This document shows positions 22,999 to 37,298 of a stretch of DNA of 64,000 nt, in pieces; the first letter of the stretch is position 1; every line of letters begins with the position of its first letter. The translations under genes and the position numbers were made by a program. Below the pieces are notes generated by a model. It ran no database searches, was not told the DNA's origin, and was given only the letters and a program-made list of their open reading frames with translations. The stretch spans positions 2,976,001 to 3,040,000 of the forward strand of contig NC_089435.1 in NCBI RefSeq assembly GCF_026210795.1, read 5' to 3'. Origin of the DNA: Rhizophagus irregularis (taxonomy: Eukaryota).

Positions 22999-24925
22999 AT
23001 AAATAAACATGAATTCTAACCTTAGTTGATTAGACTGATTGCTTTATTATTAAAGAAAATGCAATAAAAAAAGTTTCATTAAATTATTAACAACTTATTA
23101 CTTTATGTCATATTTGAATTATTGTTACTATATCTAATATACTAATATACGTCATTCTAAAAAAAAGAGATTTTGTAAATTGATCCATACATGTGACTAC
23201 AATGTGAAGCACGTAATTAAATAATCTAGTAATTTTACAGCGAATGTGTAGGCTGAATTATTTTAATCGTTTGAAAAGCGCTGATGAAGAATTATTAGTT
23301 AATTTAAATCTTCTCTCCCGGCAATACTTGCCAAATAAGGATTAAGTTTATTTTTTAAACTCCCAAAAAACTTTTTCCTCCTAAAATTATTGACAACTAT
23401 AAACAATTATTTATGTTAATTTGTTATAAAATATGATACAAATATTAAACAAAAAATATTATCAATATAAAATTTTATACGGAATAAAAATAGTAAATAA
23501 GTAGGTTAGATCCATATAACTTACTCTTCATAATTTTACTTTGCTTAGCTATGCAATTTTACAATACAAAATTTTAAAATGTAAAAAGTAAGATAAATGA
23601 CATCATTTCTAACGTTTACAAATATTTCAAATATAATAAATTAAATATTTTGTATTCAGTTCCATTAATTCTATTTCCTATTATCGACTACATGGAATTT
23701 TTTTTTTGATAAATGTAAGACAAAAATAAAATATTTTTATTCTTTCATGGATGTCATAATTTTTCGTAGCATAGTTCGACTCAAAAGTCTGTGGTTCGTA
23801 TCAAAATACAAGATAGGATATAAGTGGCAAAAATACTAGTATTGTTAAAAAATAACAGTAGCTAGCTCAACGTTCTTATCCCAATTTTTCAATTTCACTT
23901 TAAAACACAGTATAAAGCATAAACTTGTTATATGCGACAAAATAATATTTTAAATTCTTTAATAGTTCGGAGAGCGTGAAATAAAAATTTGGCCGTGGCG
24001 CTAAACAAGTTTAATTGTTTAGTTGGTTTTCAATGACTTTTATAGTACTTATTCATTACTTATGGGCAGTGATCACAACAAGAAAAGTTTTGACGAAAAT
24101 TTTCACGACGTTGCAAAGGTTACTCCAACTAGATATCTTCCCATTAAAGCAAATTCATTTTAAAGTATAAAATATAAATTATGCGAAACTTAAAAAATTT
24201 GATTTTACGCCAACTGTTACTTTAATCCAAAACTACTTATAAAAATGTTTAATATTTAAAACCTTTCGTAAAGTAGATATGTTGTCAATGTTATGCCATT
24301 ACTTAATACCATTTTTTTAATATTACTTATATATAAATTCAAGTATCATGTATGTAATTTTATCTTTAAATATACGATTATTAAAAAATACGTATAACGC
24401 AGATAACTTTTTCTTAAGTTATACCGCGTTCATAATAGGATTAAATCGCATGAAATTGGAGCAATAAAATTGGTAACAAGATATCGGCACCCATTTACTA
24501 TTAGCTCTACGCGTCTCTAAAAATTTTATATTCTTATATATAATGTCTAATTTCAATAGTATTATTATTCGTCATTCGCAAAAATTTATATGCCAAATTT
24601 CTTAGAATTAATGAAAAAATCCTGGAAATATTTAAAAAGTGAAAATGAAAAATTATTTCGAAATTGTTTCACATTTATCAGAAGAAACAAGAAATAATTT
24701 AATGTTAAATAAACATCATAAATTTTTAAAAGTTAATATCAAAAGCCTTTATTCGATTATATTAATTTTTGTAAACATTTAAATTTGAAACAATAATTAA
24801 TTTTATTATAGATAAAATTATGAAATTTAATCTTAAAATGAAACTCTTTATTAATCAAAATAAAGAACTTACACACCTTTGTTTAATTGTGTATTTGGTT
24901 ATAAAATACATCTTATTCCTGGAGC

Positions 24926-25138
24926 AGGACCCCGAAATATATATGTAGAGGTCAGGTCCAGAAGTGGTCCAAAATACGCATTCTTTCAGGGCCGGAATTA
25001 CGATAATTTCAGCCATTATCTAAATTAGGCAATATTATTTTGGCTGGGATTATCCATAAAAGGAATGATCTACATGATTTTTTTGACTCATTATACGCAA
25101 ACTCTGACCTGACCCTTTTATGTATATTTCGGGGTCCT
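24926..25138. mobile_element. 213-bp MITE, copy 2
   Basis: Same TIRs as 7893-8105; 8-bp TSD CCTGGAGC (24918-24925, 25139-25146). Confidence 0.95.
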
Positions 25139-25533
25139 CCTGGAGCCAAACATTGTTTATCAGGACTTCAATACTTCAATTTCTTCGTTGTCATACTACA
25201 ATAATATGTAAATATATTATAATTATTGGATGAAATAAAAATAACAAAATATCGGTCCACTAATATTTCCTAATAATGTTTAATATCGGACGATGCGATC
25301 AACCGCAGCAGAACGTTATTTTTTTTTAAAAAAAAAACTTTTTTCGGTATCAATTTCCCCCTTTTTTCCTAATTTTTTTTGTTCTCTTACCTTTAGTTCA
25401 TATCAGGTCTATGGTCTATGCGTGCTGCAATAAAAAATATATATATTTTTTTATTTGAATATTATATTTATATGTTTTTTAGTTAGAATAAATATGAATA
25501 TCCAGCCAAAAAAAAAAAGAAAATTATTATTAA

Positions 25534-26126
25534 CTAGGTAACAGGAACTGTTGGAGTGTCCGAAGCGTTATATTCTTCACATGACCATCTAAAAAAATAT
25601 ATCACTAAAAAATGTATCACTAAAAAATGCTTCACTAAAAAATGTATAGTTAAATGTATCACTGAAGTTAAAAAATGTATAGTTGAAAAATTTTTGAATG
25701 CCAAACCATTTGAAGACTGATGCCATATGACAAGAATATCAAGCAATGATTGATTTCAAGGGAGGTGCGTTGCAAACTCTAATACATCTTGTGAAGGAAA
25801 TATACCAAATGATGGGAAATATCTGGATGATTAACATTTCTTCTAATAATTCCTCTGGAACTTCGCCCAGGTCCATATTATATCTGCAGAAACTTTTTCA
25901 ATGTATTGTTTCCTGTATTGTTCACCTTCCTGTTATCACTATGGCAGCATTGACAACATTCTCCTTTTATAAGTTCAACGGATGGAAATCATTTATTACA
26001 TTTAAAGCAAAAAGTATGTTTAAGTTTATTCATCTCTGTTCAAAACTTATACAGAAGTTCTTGATCAGTTTAAAAAGGCTGCTGGTTGTCAGCATCCTGC
26101 TCTGGTTTTCATTCTGTCTATTGATG
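25534..26126 (-). pseudogene. Internally deleted Helitron: RepHel N-terminal fragment and probable 3' end
   Basis: Broken frame CFKCNK*FPSVELIKGECCQC..NMDLGEVPEEL.EEMLI..QDVLEFATHLP..LDILVI resembles the fungal Helitron N-terminal (DUF6570-like) region. Small hairpin then CTAG|T at 25534. Confidence 0.7.
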
Positions 26127-29100
26127 CCCTATAAAAAAAAAATGTCCAGTTTTTGTTCAGAAATTGTCTGCCTATATTTTCCAGACAAAAACAGGATCTA
26201 TAAACATCCAGAATATTGCAATATTCCGGACATTCATAAATAAGGAATTCGTCCGGTTTTTGCCATATATTTGTCCGTCATTTGTCCAAATTTTGATTAT
26301 TCATAAATAAGTAATTTGCTTATATGATTTACTTTATAGTTTTTTTAGCAGTATTATTAGTATTATTTATTTATTCAAATTAAAAGCATAACAATAAAAA
26401 TCATAGACTATTTATTATATTATAAAAACAATAACTTTATTATAAATTAATCAATTAATACGATATGCTCCACTAATATTATAATCTACTTTCATTAAAA
26501 TTAAGATACAAGTAATTTTAACCTTGCTGAATAATTTTACTTAAGCATAAAAGAGTAGTTTCATTTGAATAAAGTGATGAACTTACGTTCTAAAGTTGGA
26601 AAATAGAAAAGTAAAATTCAAAAATTAGTATTCAATTAAAAAATGCAACTTACTCTACGAATATTGTACCTATACTTATGAAAATCTAAACACAAGTAAT
26701 TTCGACCTCATTGAACAACTTTACTTAAGCACAAAAGGGTAATTTCATTTGGTGAAAGTGGTGAAATTACGCTCTGAAGTTTAAAACAGAAAAATAAAAA
26801 TTTTGAAAACCAGTACTATTATAAAAAATTATGATTTCCTCTATAATTATCATACCTATGCATATGAAATAAGTATAATTTAACATTGCTGGACAACTTT
26901 GCTTCATAAAAGATAGCTTCGTTTGGCCAAAGTGGTGAGATTATGCATGAAATTACGCTTCAAAACTAGAAAATAAAAATACAAAAGTAAAAAGAAGAAA
27001 TTAAGGTACTATATATTATATAAAATATTATAACTTTACAAGAACAAGTAATAAAAACTGAGTTAAAAGAGTTTATTATATGTTAGTTCTTTGCTGAAAC
27101 TTGGAGTTTACAATCGATATTGATTAGATATCGCAATGATATCATTACGATATCATTTGCGATATTTTGATAAAAAATAGATTCGACATCGTTAAGTTAG
27201 TCGTAACTGTATTTATTCGATATTGATTAGTTCGATATCTCTGCGATATCGCTGCGATCATTATGCGATGTAAATATTATCATGTAACCACATCGTAGTG
27301 ATGTCGTATTAACATTGAATTAATATTACAAAAATATTTGACATTTATTTGATATCGTAACCACATCGTAGTGATGTCATATTAATATTGAATTAATATT
27401 ACAAAATATTTGACATTTTATTTGATATCGTAACCACATAGTAGTGATATCATATTAACATCAAATTAATATTGCAAAAATATTTTACATCTATTTGATA
27501 TCGTAACATCAGGAAATTATATAGTGCGAAAAGTTGCGCAAGTTTACACATCATAATATTTCGTAAGCTTCCAGACCCGCCACAAGTTTGCGTAAGCGTA
27601 ATATTTCGTAACTTTTTAAAATATTTCGAAATATTACGATATGCAAAGCTTCGTAATTTTACGATTTGTAATATTCCGTAATTTTGCGGTTCGCAATATT
27701 TCGTAATTTTACATAATATTTCGTAAGTTTTCAGACCCGCCGCAAGTTTGCGTAAGCGTAATATTTTGTAACTTTTTAAAATATTTCGAAATATTACTGT
27801 ATGCAAGGCTTCGTAATTTTACGATTCGTAATATTCCGTAATTTTACTGCGTAATACTTCGCAACTTTTTAAAATATTTCGAAATTCTATGATGCGTAAT
27901 GTTCCATAATTTGACGATTCGTAATATTCTGTGATTTTACACAACTTAATATTTCGTAATATTTCAAAATATTTCGATAAATAATACTTCATTTTCTGTA
28001 CTATAAGTTTATATAATGTATGTTTTATTAGATATAATCATAAAAAATTACAAGTATTTATTAATATATACAGAATACATAAAAGTAAAAAAGAGAAAGA
28101 GTAGAGTAACAATATTATTAGACGTAAAAAGAAGAGAAACAGCTATAGTAACGTTAGTATTAGATATAAAGATAAAAGAAATATTGTTATTATTGTTAGT
28201 ATTAAGGTAAAAAGAGTTAAAGAAACAGTAAAAGGAGTAAAAGAAACATGGATATTATCGTTAGTATTAAAGTACAAGTAAAAAGAAATAAAGGAAACGT
28301 AGATAGTATTGTTAGTATTACGACATAAAGTAACAAAGAGGTAAAAAAAAACGCGTTAATATTAAAATAATTAGTATTAATAAATAAATATTTCTATAAC
28401 TGCAAAGTAATTGAACAAAAGAATAAAGAAATAAAGAGAAAGGAAAAAATAAACATGTTGTTAGTATTGTTAGTATCGTTAGTATTAAAGTACAAGTAAA
28501 AAGGAATAAAGGAAACATGGATATTATTGTTAGTATTACGATACAAAATAACAAAGAGGTAAAAAAAAATGAAAATAATTAGTATTAATAAACAAATATT
28601 TCTATACCTGCAAAGCAATAAATTATGAAATATATGTAAATATATTGTATATAATTAAAGAAATAATAGAAAGAAGAGACAAAAAAATTAAAAATATTGA
28701 ACAAAAGAATAAAGAAATAAGAAACAAAAATAAATAAGACAAAAACGCGTGCATGATTAAATGATTAAATGATTAAATCACATGCAAGGATCAGCCTAAT
28801 TTTGATTGGCCAGAAATCATGTACATCGTATAGCGGGTGTGACATAAATAAATTGTGACTGAAATTTGTGTTCAATTTGTGTTCAATTTGTGTTGATAAT
28901 TCTGGTAAAAAATTTGTTAATTTTGGCCAAATTTCATTAAATTTGTTAAATTTGTGTTGAGTTTGTGTTGAATTTGTGTTGCGTAATTTTTTATTTATCA
29001 CAAGGGGATGATATTTAGTAATTGCATGTACGACGTACAAGATTTTTTTTATGATTTTTTTAAGAAATGTACGCAAAATATTTAATCAGAATATAATTGT

Positions 29101-29535
29101 TTTATTTTTAAATATGATATATTGATGATTTTTTTTTAAAAATTCAATAGAATGTGCTAATAATAAATTGTTTTATTTTTAAATATAATATATTGATATT
29201 TATATTTAAATAACCAAAACATGTACATGATTTTTAATTATTTTTAATTGAAATCAAACTAAGATTTTTTTTTAAAAAAAATTAAAATAAATTAAGTGAT
29301 TTATATCTATATTTAGAATCATGATATTTATATTTAGATAATCCATATCCGCATGAGATTTAATTAATATGTTTAATGATGAAAAGTCTAATAAATTAAA
29401 TTTTAATTGAAACGAGAAATAAAATCAAACCAAAGAGGTATTGTTCAAATTTTATTTAAAGTGACATTTTACGACTTTCTTTCAAATTTTTACTCATCCC
29501 AAAATCAAATTATAAAAATAAAATCAAATCTAATA

Positions 29536-30176
29536 ATGCCTCGCCAAACACGTCGTCGTTCCTATAACGTCCATTGGAACTGGGCTATGATGGACGAACT
29601 TGTCGACATACGCCGCGACAGAAACCGCGCCTACCATAATATTAATGGTAGAAGCCGCCATGATTTTTGGGACTCTGTTGCCAATAGGTTCATATGACTA
29701 ATATCTATAATTTTCTTTAAGAAAGAATTTAAATTCAAATTAACCAATCCATTTAATTGAATCAGAATAAATAGAATATTTCGAACGAGGGTTTCCGGGC
29801 AACAGTGCAGCCAAAAGTGGAGGAACCTCGTCAGGGATTACCATGTAAGTAAATAAATAAAATTACATTCATTTAAATTAAATGTATTTACCGAATATTC
29901 AAACTGATTTTGATATTTAGAACTATGTCCTTTATCGTAATGGTACCCCTGATCGGCCTGGGCGGCGGCTGTAGACGCGTACCGGCCAAAGATATTATCG
30001 CGAATTTAGAACGAGATTTTGGGAGAGGCCGGGTAATTATACTATAATAAAATTTTATAATTAATATTACATTCTATTTTACGTTCACATTTTAAATTTG
30101 ATAAATTTGATTAATTTTAGATACGCGTGATGATCGTAGGAGAAGGAGAAACTTACCTACGTATCGTAGAAGATAA
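29536..30176 (+). pseudogene. Myb/SANT-like (trihelix) DNA-binding protein, 4 exons, Arg-rich tail, one in-frame TAG
   Basis: Exons 29536-29687, 29766-29844, 29921-30032 and 30121-30176: VHWNWAMMDELV..FWDSVANRIN..SGQQCSQKWRNLVRDY..RFWERP. Confidence 0.8.
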
Positions 30177-30569
30177 TTATTTTTATTTTTTTATTTATTA
30201 AGTGAGTAGCTAGGCCCAGTCCGTACCAAATATCGGCTGGAGACTCACGTTTTTTTTGGGCTGTGACTGATACTGACGTCCACGCCGTACAGCCTGGGTA
30301 CTATTTTATAAAATAGTAGCGAACAAGTATCAAATGTATATTTTTTTATTAAGTTATAATAAAAATTAGAATTTACTTTAATTTTTAACATAAAAATTGT
30401 AAATAATAAAAAATTCGTAAATAAAAATAAATTTGCTTTCCCAAACTTAAAAAAAAAAGGTGTTTATATAAAAGAAAAGGTGTTTATATTATTTTTGATT
30501 ATTCAATAGTATCACATGCCCCTTGTATACGTTCTACTGCATACGCAGTTTACAATCTCGTAAATTTTC

Positions 30570-30960
30570 GAAACGGAATATTACGCAGGTTTACAGTCTC
30601 GTAAATTTTCGAAATATTTCAACCGTAATATTACGCAGGTTTACAGTTTCGTAAATTTTCGAAATATTTTAACCGTAATATTACGCAGGTTTACAGTCTC
30701 GTAAATTTTCGAAATATTTCAACCGTAATATTATGCAGGTTTACAGTCTCGTAAATTTTCGAAATATTTTAACCGTAATATTACGCAGATTTACAGTCTC
30801 GTAAATTTTCGAAATATTTCAACCGTAATATTACGCAGGTTTACAGTCTCGTAAATTTTCGAAATATTTCAACCGTAATATTACGCAGGTTTACAGTTTC
30901 GTAAATTTTCGAAATATTTCAACCGTAATATTACGCAGGTTTACAGTTTCGTAAATTTGC
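30570..30960. repeat. 60-bp tandem subterminal repeats (~6 copies)
   Basis: AACCGTAATATTACGCAGGTTTACAGTCTCGTAAATTTTCGAAATATTT recurs every 60 bp. Confidence 0.92.
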
Positions 30961-32716
30961 AGAATATTTTGACCGTAATATTGCGTAAATCTTACGATAT
31001 TGTAAACTTACGTAATATTTTAACCGTAATATCACATAAATCTTACGAAATTGTAAACTTACGTAATATTTTGAAATTTTTCGAAATATTATGCCATAAA
31101 CTTTCATAAACTTACAAAATCGTAAACTTACGCAATTTTTCGCGCTATAAAATTTCCTGATGAACCACATCGTAGTGATGTCGTATTAATATTGAATTAA
31201 TATTACAAAATATTTGACATCTGTTTGATATCGTAGCCACATCGTAGTGATGTCATATTAACATTGAATTAATATTACAATTTTATTTGATATCGTAACT
31301 ACATCATAATAATATCATATTAATATCGAATTAATATTACAAAAAATGTTTTACATTTATTTAATATCGTAACTACATCGTAATGATATTATATCAACAC
31401 TGAATTAACATCACAAAAATATTTTTATTGTAATATATGTTTATTATTTATTATACATTAATAATAATAATTTTTTATTAGTGGATTATTATGGGTGAGT
31501 GGAGTACGTTTCTTTTCTTCCTTTTTTTTTTATTCTTTTCTTCTCTTTTTTATTCTTTTCTTTTCGTATGTGAGTGGATGGATACGTCATTTTCAATTTT
31601 AAAATATATATATATATATATATAAAACAATCATGATTAATAAAATGTATTATTTGTAAAATATATTTAAAATTTAATACATAACCTTGGGATAATAGTT
31701 AGAGCAGGTAATTCCAGGATTTTGTAAAGAATAATAAAAATGATAATATTTTTAAGTTAGTTCTTTCTTTAAATTTTTTTGAGAGTGTTTTGTTTCTTAA
31801 AATCATAATATTGTAAAAAAATGCTGGTTGCTACGACTGACGGACAATGACAAATTGTCAGGCTACCCCCAGACAAAGTAATTGGAAGGCGGAAAATGCC
31901 ATAAATATCCAGCCCTATTTTACAACATTTTCTTCCAGGCTAAAGCAAATATTACAAAAGAAATTGCAAATATATTTAACAAGCAATAGATACATGGCCA
32001 TTGAAAAATATATTCACACTTCATATTGTAATACCACAGTCTAACAAAGAAATTGCAAATATATTTAACAAGCAATAGATACATGGCCGTTGAAAAATAT
32101 ATTCACATTTATACCACAGTCTAACAAAAAAATACTCAACCCACAACATATTGTAAAAAAAATATGAAAAATACGCGTATATCCTATTTTCATACCTTGC
32201 TTAACAGCTCCACTATTTATTTAAAAAATGGCTTTTTTCTCTTTTGTATGTGGTTAAGTGGGTACATTTTTCCTTTCTTTTATTCTTTTCTCTCGTATGT
32301 GAGTGGTGGGTACATTTTCTTTTCTTTATTCTTTTTTTATTCTTGCTTTTCGTATGTGGGTGTTTTACTATGTTGAATATATAAACTAAAGTGTCCCAAA
32401 GTATTGTTAATATTGTAAAAAGATAATTAAAGTATACTTTAAAAAGAGAAAAGAAGAGATGAACAAAATACCGTAAAGTGTTAATATAAAAGACAAGAGA
32501 AAAGTGTATTTTTGAAAATAAACAAAAAAAATCTCATTAATAAACGCGAATTTTAGCTATTTTTAGATATCACATGCATGTAATTAAAGTGATTTTAATT
32601 GGTTAATTTTAATTTATTATTACATCATGCATATGATTTTATTGGTTAATTTTAACCAAAATTTTATACGATACAAATTAAATAATTATTTTATTATATT
32701 TATATAATTAATATAA

Positions 32717-35700
32717 TTATATGACTGTAAAATAAAAATTATTTTTTATCCAAATTCTATTTGTAGTATCATGATTTGGTAGTTGGCACCTTTCTGAATT
32801 ACAATTATGAATAAAGTGTACTTTTTGAACATTATCTATTACAGTAATTGGAAAAATACGTCTCCATTTATCTTCTGTTGCTTGAAGACGGTAAAGTGGA
32901 CATTTTAATACTGAATGTTCAACCATAGTATCTTCAAACCAATCTACAACAATAAATGCATAATATTTGTTATTATTACCCTTATGTTGAAAGATACCTT
33001 TGATTATTGCATAAGATTCTTCATGATCTTCTTCATAAATTGTGATAAAATCACCGAGATGTAGGTGAACTTTTGAAAGAATACCATTTTTTTCTTCAAT
33101 TGTATATGATGCTAATTTGTACCAACTAATTGAAGAATTTATAAGTGCCGCCTCAAACTTCATATCCACATAAGATAAAAACAATTCAATTTTAAAATTA
33201 TGCAAAGTCAAGAGAAGTTTATCATGTTCCTGCTTTGACATTCTTTTTTTTAAGGAAATATTGGAAATAAAATTTACTGGTGAAGTAACTAAATTAAAAG
33301 ATTAGTAAATATTATGCATATGTGAAAAAATAAATATGAAGTACTATAATATTTTGCTATCTTACCTTTTACGTCATCATTTTGAATTTGTTCCTCAATT
33401 AAATATTTATCTTCTGTAACATACCAATTCGAAAATAATTGATCAAAATTTGAACTTGTGAACCCAGTACAAGATCTATTTAATCTTGGATCTATACCTC
33501 CATCTGCTAAATGTCGAATTGCAAATAAAGTATTGTAACGTTTTAATAAATCCAGGTCTATAGTTTTGCAATTAGTTTTTGGTACCATTCCTTTAAAGAT
33601 ACGATGAACCATCTCTTTTATACCAACCTGAAAGTTGACAAGTGTACCAAAAGTTTTAGCATGCATCAAAAGATGCATATTAATATGTATATTTGGTAAG
33701 TTAACAAAACTTGCAAAAACCTACATCAGGAAATTTGTTTAGGCGTAATTTAGTGTAATATTTCGAAGGTGGTGTAAAATTTCGAAATATTACACTAAAA
33801 ACGTAATATTACAAAAGTTTACGCTCTTAAATTTAAATAATTATAGTAATTTAAGAATATCTCGCTATCTACTGATCCAATCAAGACGATCTATAGCTCA
33901 TTGGAATCAGCTCATCAAGACGAATCGAATGGTGGTAAAATCGCATCTTTACGTTCGATAGATGGCTTTCTATTAATTTAGAACTTTATTGTATACTATA
34001 GAGCGTTCTATCAACTGTAGAAATGCGATTTTACCACCAATCGATTCGTCTTGATGAGCTGATTCCAATGAGCTATAGATCGTCTTGATTGGATCAGTAG
34101 ATAGCGAGATATTCTTAAATTACTATAATTATTTAAATTTAAGAGCGTAAACTTTTGTAATATTACGTTTTTAGTGTAATATTTCGAAATTTTACACCAC
34201 CTTCGAAATATTACACTAAATTATGTCTAAACAAATTTCCTGATGTATAAAAAAACAAAATATTGTTAATTATTGAATTATTCCATGTTCTGAATTTCAA
34301 ATTTATAATTATACCTTTGGAAGAATTAAAAACTCTTCTTTAAGACATAGCTGTAATTCCTCATAGCTATCTAACGTAAATTCCTTATTAAAAACTGCTT
34401 TCATAGTCTTTGCAACTTGTACCCAACAAGATATAATAGCTTTTAGCACTAAGCTAATTTGAGCCACATCAATCCTTTGTCGAATAGTGGCTGCTTCATT
34501 ATTTTTGAGGCTTGATTCCTTTAAAAATCGATTTAATAAAAATGGCATAATCATAGCTAGTCTAAGAAGATCAGACATCATAAAGCTATTGTAATGACTA
34601 ATTGGATTTGGTAGACGAGACCACTTTTTTGGAATTTCAAAATTTTTCCAAATTTTAACAAAATCATCCTCTCCTTCTTGTGAAAATAATTCACAGGTTA
34701 GTTTTAGTAGCCGCCCAATCTTTCCTGCGGTGGCATGATAAATATCCTGTGGCGTCTGTAAATGTCTCTCACGTTTTAATTTATCCAAAATACTAGGTAA
34801 TGATCTTAAACCATATTCTGTACAAAGTTGTCCTCTTTTTGAACTTACAGATTCTTGAGAAATTTTTGAAATTTCTTCATCTGTGATATGATGATAATGT
34901 AATGTTGTCACACTATCCTGATTATAGGTACTCAATGATTCCTTTTTAGTTATACAAGTACGGCAACCTTTATTTGCATTATGTCTAAATTGATTTTTAA
35001 ATTTAAATCATTTTAATAGTTGTTACGAAAATATATTATTAAGATTAATAATTAAATTGAAAAATACCTCAGTACTCCTGCCATATCATTACCTTGAGGT
35101 AGATCTGCTGTAACAAGGCCCAACCCAGCAATAACCCATGCATCTTGTCCTTGAACAGTCATAATCTTTCCTTTCTCAAATTTTTTTATTTCTGAAACAA
35201 ATGGTACCATAAACTCGTTAAAATTTCCACCAAAAGGAATAAATCCAAGAACAAAATGGTTCTTGATTAGCTTTCTCTGATGCGTTGACATGTTACCAAA
35301 CTGTATATAGATGCCACCTAAGGAATGGTATACATTTCTAAATGTACCAAAATCATCATAGTAAAGATCTAAAAACAGCTTATAAACTGGCATAGACAAC
35401 GGTGGATTTCTGACAGAAATGTAATCTGAAGGATGTTGGTATGAAAGCTTTGCATCACGAACGTGCCAACGGTCATTACATTTATAAATTATTTCAGTAA
35501 TTCGTAATGAACCTTCTGGAATAATTTGGTGTTTATACGTCATCATTATAGTTACTTTCTCTAAAATTTGAGAGGTAATTATGGTTATAAATGGTTCATC
35601 CTGAAACCATACTTCCCCAGTTAGAGAACGACGTTGTCTTGATAGCCCTTTTATATTTCCAGGTAAATCATCATAATTTAAAATTAGTTGAACTCGTAAC

Positions 35701-36824
35701 TCATAGTTTCCATTTTCATCTTTTAAAATTGCTCTCAACCTTCCAAGTTTTTTAAGACCATTATCATGATAGTAGACAAAATCACCAGATTGATATATTA
35801 CTATTTTATTAAAATAAATATTTTAATGTTAACAAATCATAATTATACCAAAGTATATTGTCCTATTACCTTCTGATATTATTATTTCATGTTGTCCAAA
35901 AAGTGGTGATTCTCCCCATAAAGTTCCATGCCAATATTCTGACTTTGTTTCAGAATTAACACTGGGTCCGAAATACATATGCTTCATCAGCATTGGATTG
36001 TTGAGAACATGCCATATAATATCACTAATTGAGAGTTGATATGAAAGCTTCGAATCTCGCGAAGTTGACAGAGTTTTTTTTGGTAAAATTTGAATAGGCT
36101 TTGTTATTATTGGTAGGAGAGGAAGACGTTTTCTCCATGATTGGAATCTACAGATATTTTTTACTACATGAGTAGGTTCGAATTGAGGATTGTGAATGAT
36201 ATCAACAAGGTCTTCATATGCTTTTGTAGAAACATTATGCTTCTGAAGCCAACAAAATAGTGCCGTAGTTGTATAATTATCAAAGTACGGTGCAAATTCA
36301 CCATTGCAGGACGGTATCTTGTCTTTATCCAAAGCTTCAACAATTTGATGTATTTCTTCCTCTTCATTGTCATTACGTTCCTCTTCATCATTGTTACGTT
36401 CCTCTTTCTCTTCATTATTACCTTCCTCTTCCTCCTCTTCATTATTGTCTCCATTATCATCATCTTCCTTCTCATCCCTATTGTATTCATTGTCATTTTC
36501 CTCTTCCTCTTCACTATTGTATTCATTGTCAGTTTCTTTTTCCTCTTCATTATCAAATGATTGATCATCATCTTCCATCTCATCATTGTAATACTGAGGA
36601 CCAATTGATCCATATTCATTATCATCATCATTAATGTCCTGAAAACTTAAATCATTATCTTCGTGATTATACTGAAAGTCCATGTTATCGTCATCATTAT
36701 CAGGTGAACGTATAGGTGAACGTCTCTCACCAGAAGTAGTTGTCTCACCAAGATTGCTGTAAGAAAACCAATTTCGAATTCGAATTGGTTTTATTGGTTT
36801 GGCGTGACTATATCGTCTCCTCAT
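32717..36824 (-). CDS. CMC/EnSpm (Tnp2/Plavaka-like) transposase with acidic N-terminal tract and C-terminal BAH-like domain, ~1094 aa
   Basis: Exons 36824-35870, 35800-35068, 34984-34315, 33720-33366 and 33288-32717 total 3285 nt with no stop. Motifs LDLYYDDFGTF, VTADLPQG..CRTC, PQDIYH, PNIHINMHL..KEMVH; tail LGDFITI..YAIIKGIF..FIVVDWF. Confidence 0.85.
33724..34245. mobile_element. 522-bp foldback MITE (CATCAGGA family) in intron 3 of the transposase
   Basis: Near-perfect inverted arms of about 240 bp starting CATCAGGAAATTTGTTTAG; TSD TA. Confidence 0.95.
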
Positions 36825-37094
36825 CTTTATAACAATTACAATTTAAATTAATTTAAATTTAACTAGAATTTTATTAATTCAATTAGAACTTTAAATTTAT
36901 TAAGCGTGTTGGCAAAAAAAAAAAAAAAAAAATGCAATTGCCAATTAAGTAATCACTTCGGTTAAATTAATGCCGATTTGGCTATTAATGGATACACAAA
37001 ATTTAGGGTCAATTATACTGTATATGGTTAATAACAATTGATTGGTATGACAAATAATATTATCGAATAATGTCATTTATTGAATAAAATAATA

Positions 37095-37290
37095 AGTATA
37101 TAATAAAATAAAATAAAACATAATAATAAAATAAAATATAACATAATAATAAAATAAAATAAAACATAATAATAAAATAAAATAAAACATAATAATAAAA
37201 TAAAATAAAACATAATAATAAAATAAAATAAAACATAATAATAAAATAAAATAAAACATATAATAAAATAAAATAAAAAATAAAATGAAA
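37095..37290. repeat. AT-rich minisatellite (~23-24 bp unit)
   Basis: TAAAATAAAATAAAACATAATAA repeated about 7 times. Confidence 0.9.
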
Positions 37291-37298
37291 TAAAAATA

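Larger units (their letters stand above)
27507..31162 (+). mobile_element. CATCAGGA-family element carrying a Myb/SANT gene
   Basis: TIRs CATCAGGAAATT / AATTTCCTGATG; 2-bp TSD AA; removal restores the host repeat ATCGTAACCACATCG; long CGTAA/TTACG subterminal arrays. Confidence 0.92.

Noticed and set aside
31808..32161. Possible small retroposed insert flanked by ATATTGTAAAAAAA direct repeats
   Set aside because: The repeat is low-complexity in AT-rich DNA, and there is no diagnostic head or tail.
36164..36634. Overlapping alternative-frame ORFs in the transposase acidic tract
   Set aside because: Shadow frames of GAA/GAT-rich codons.
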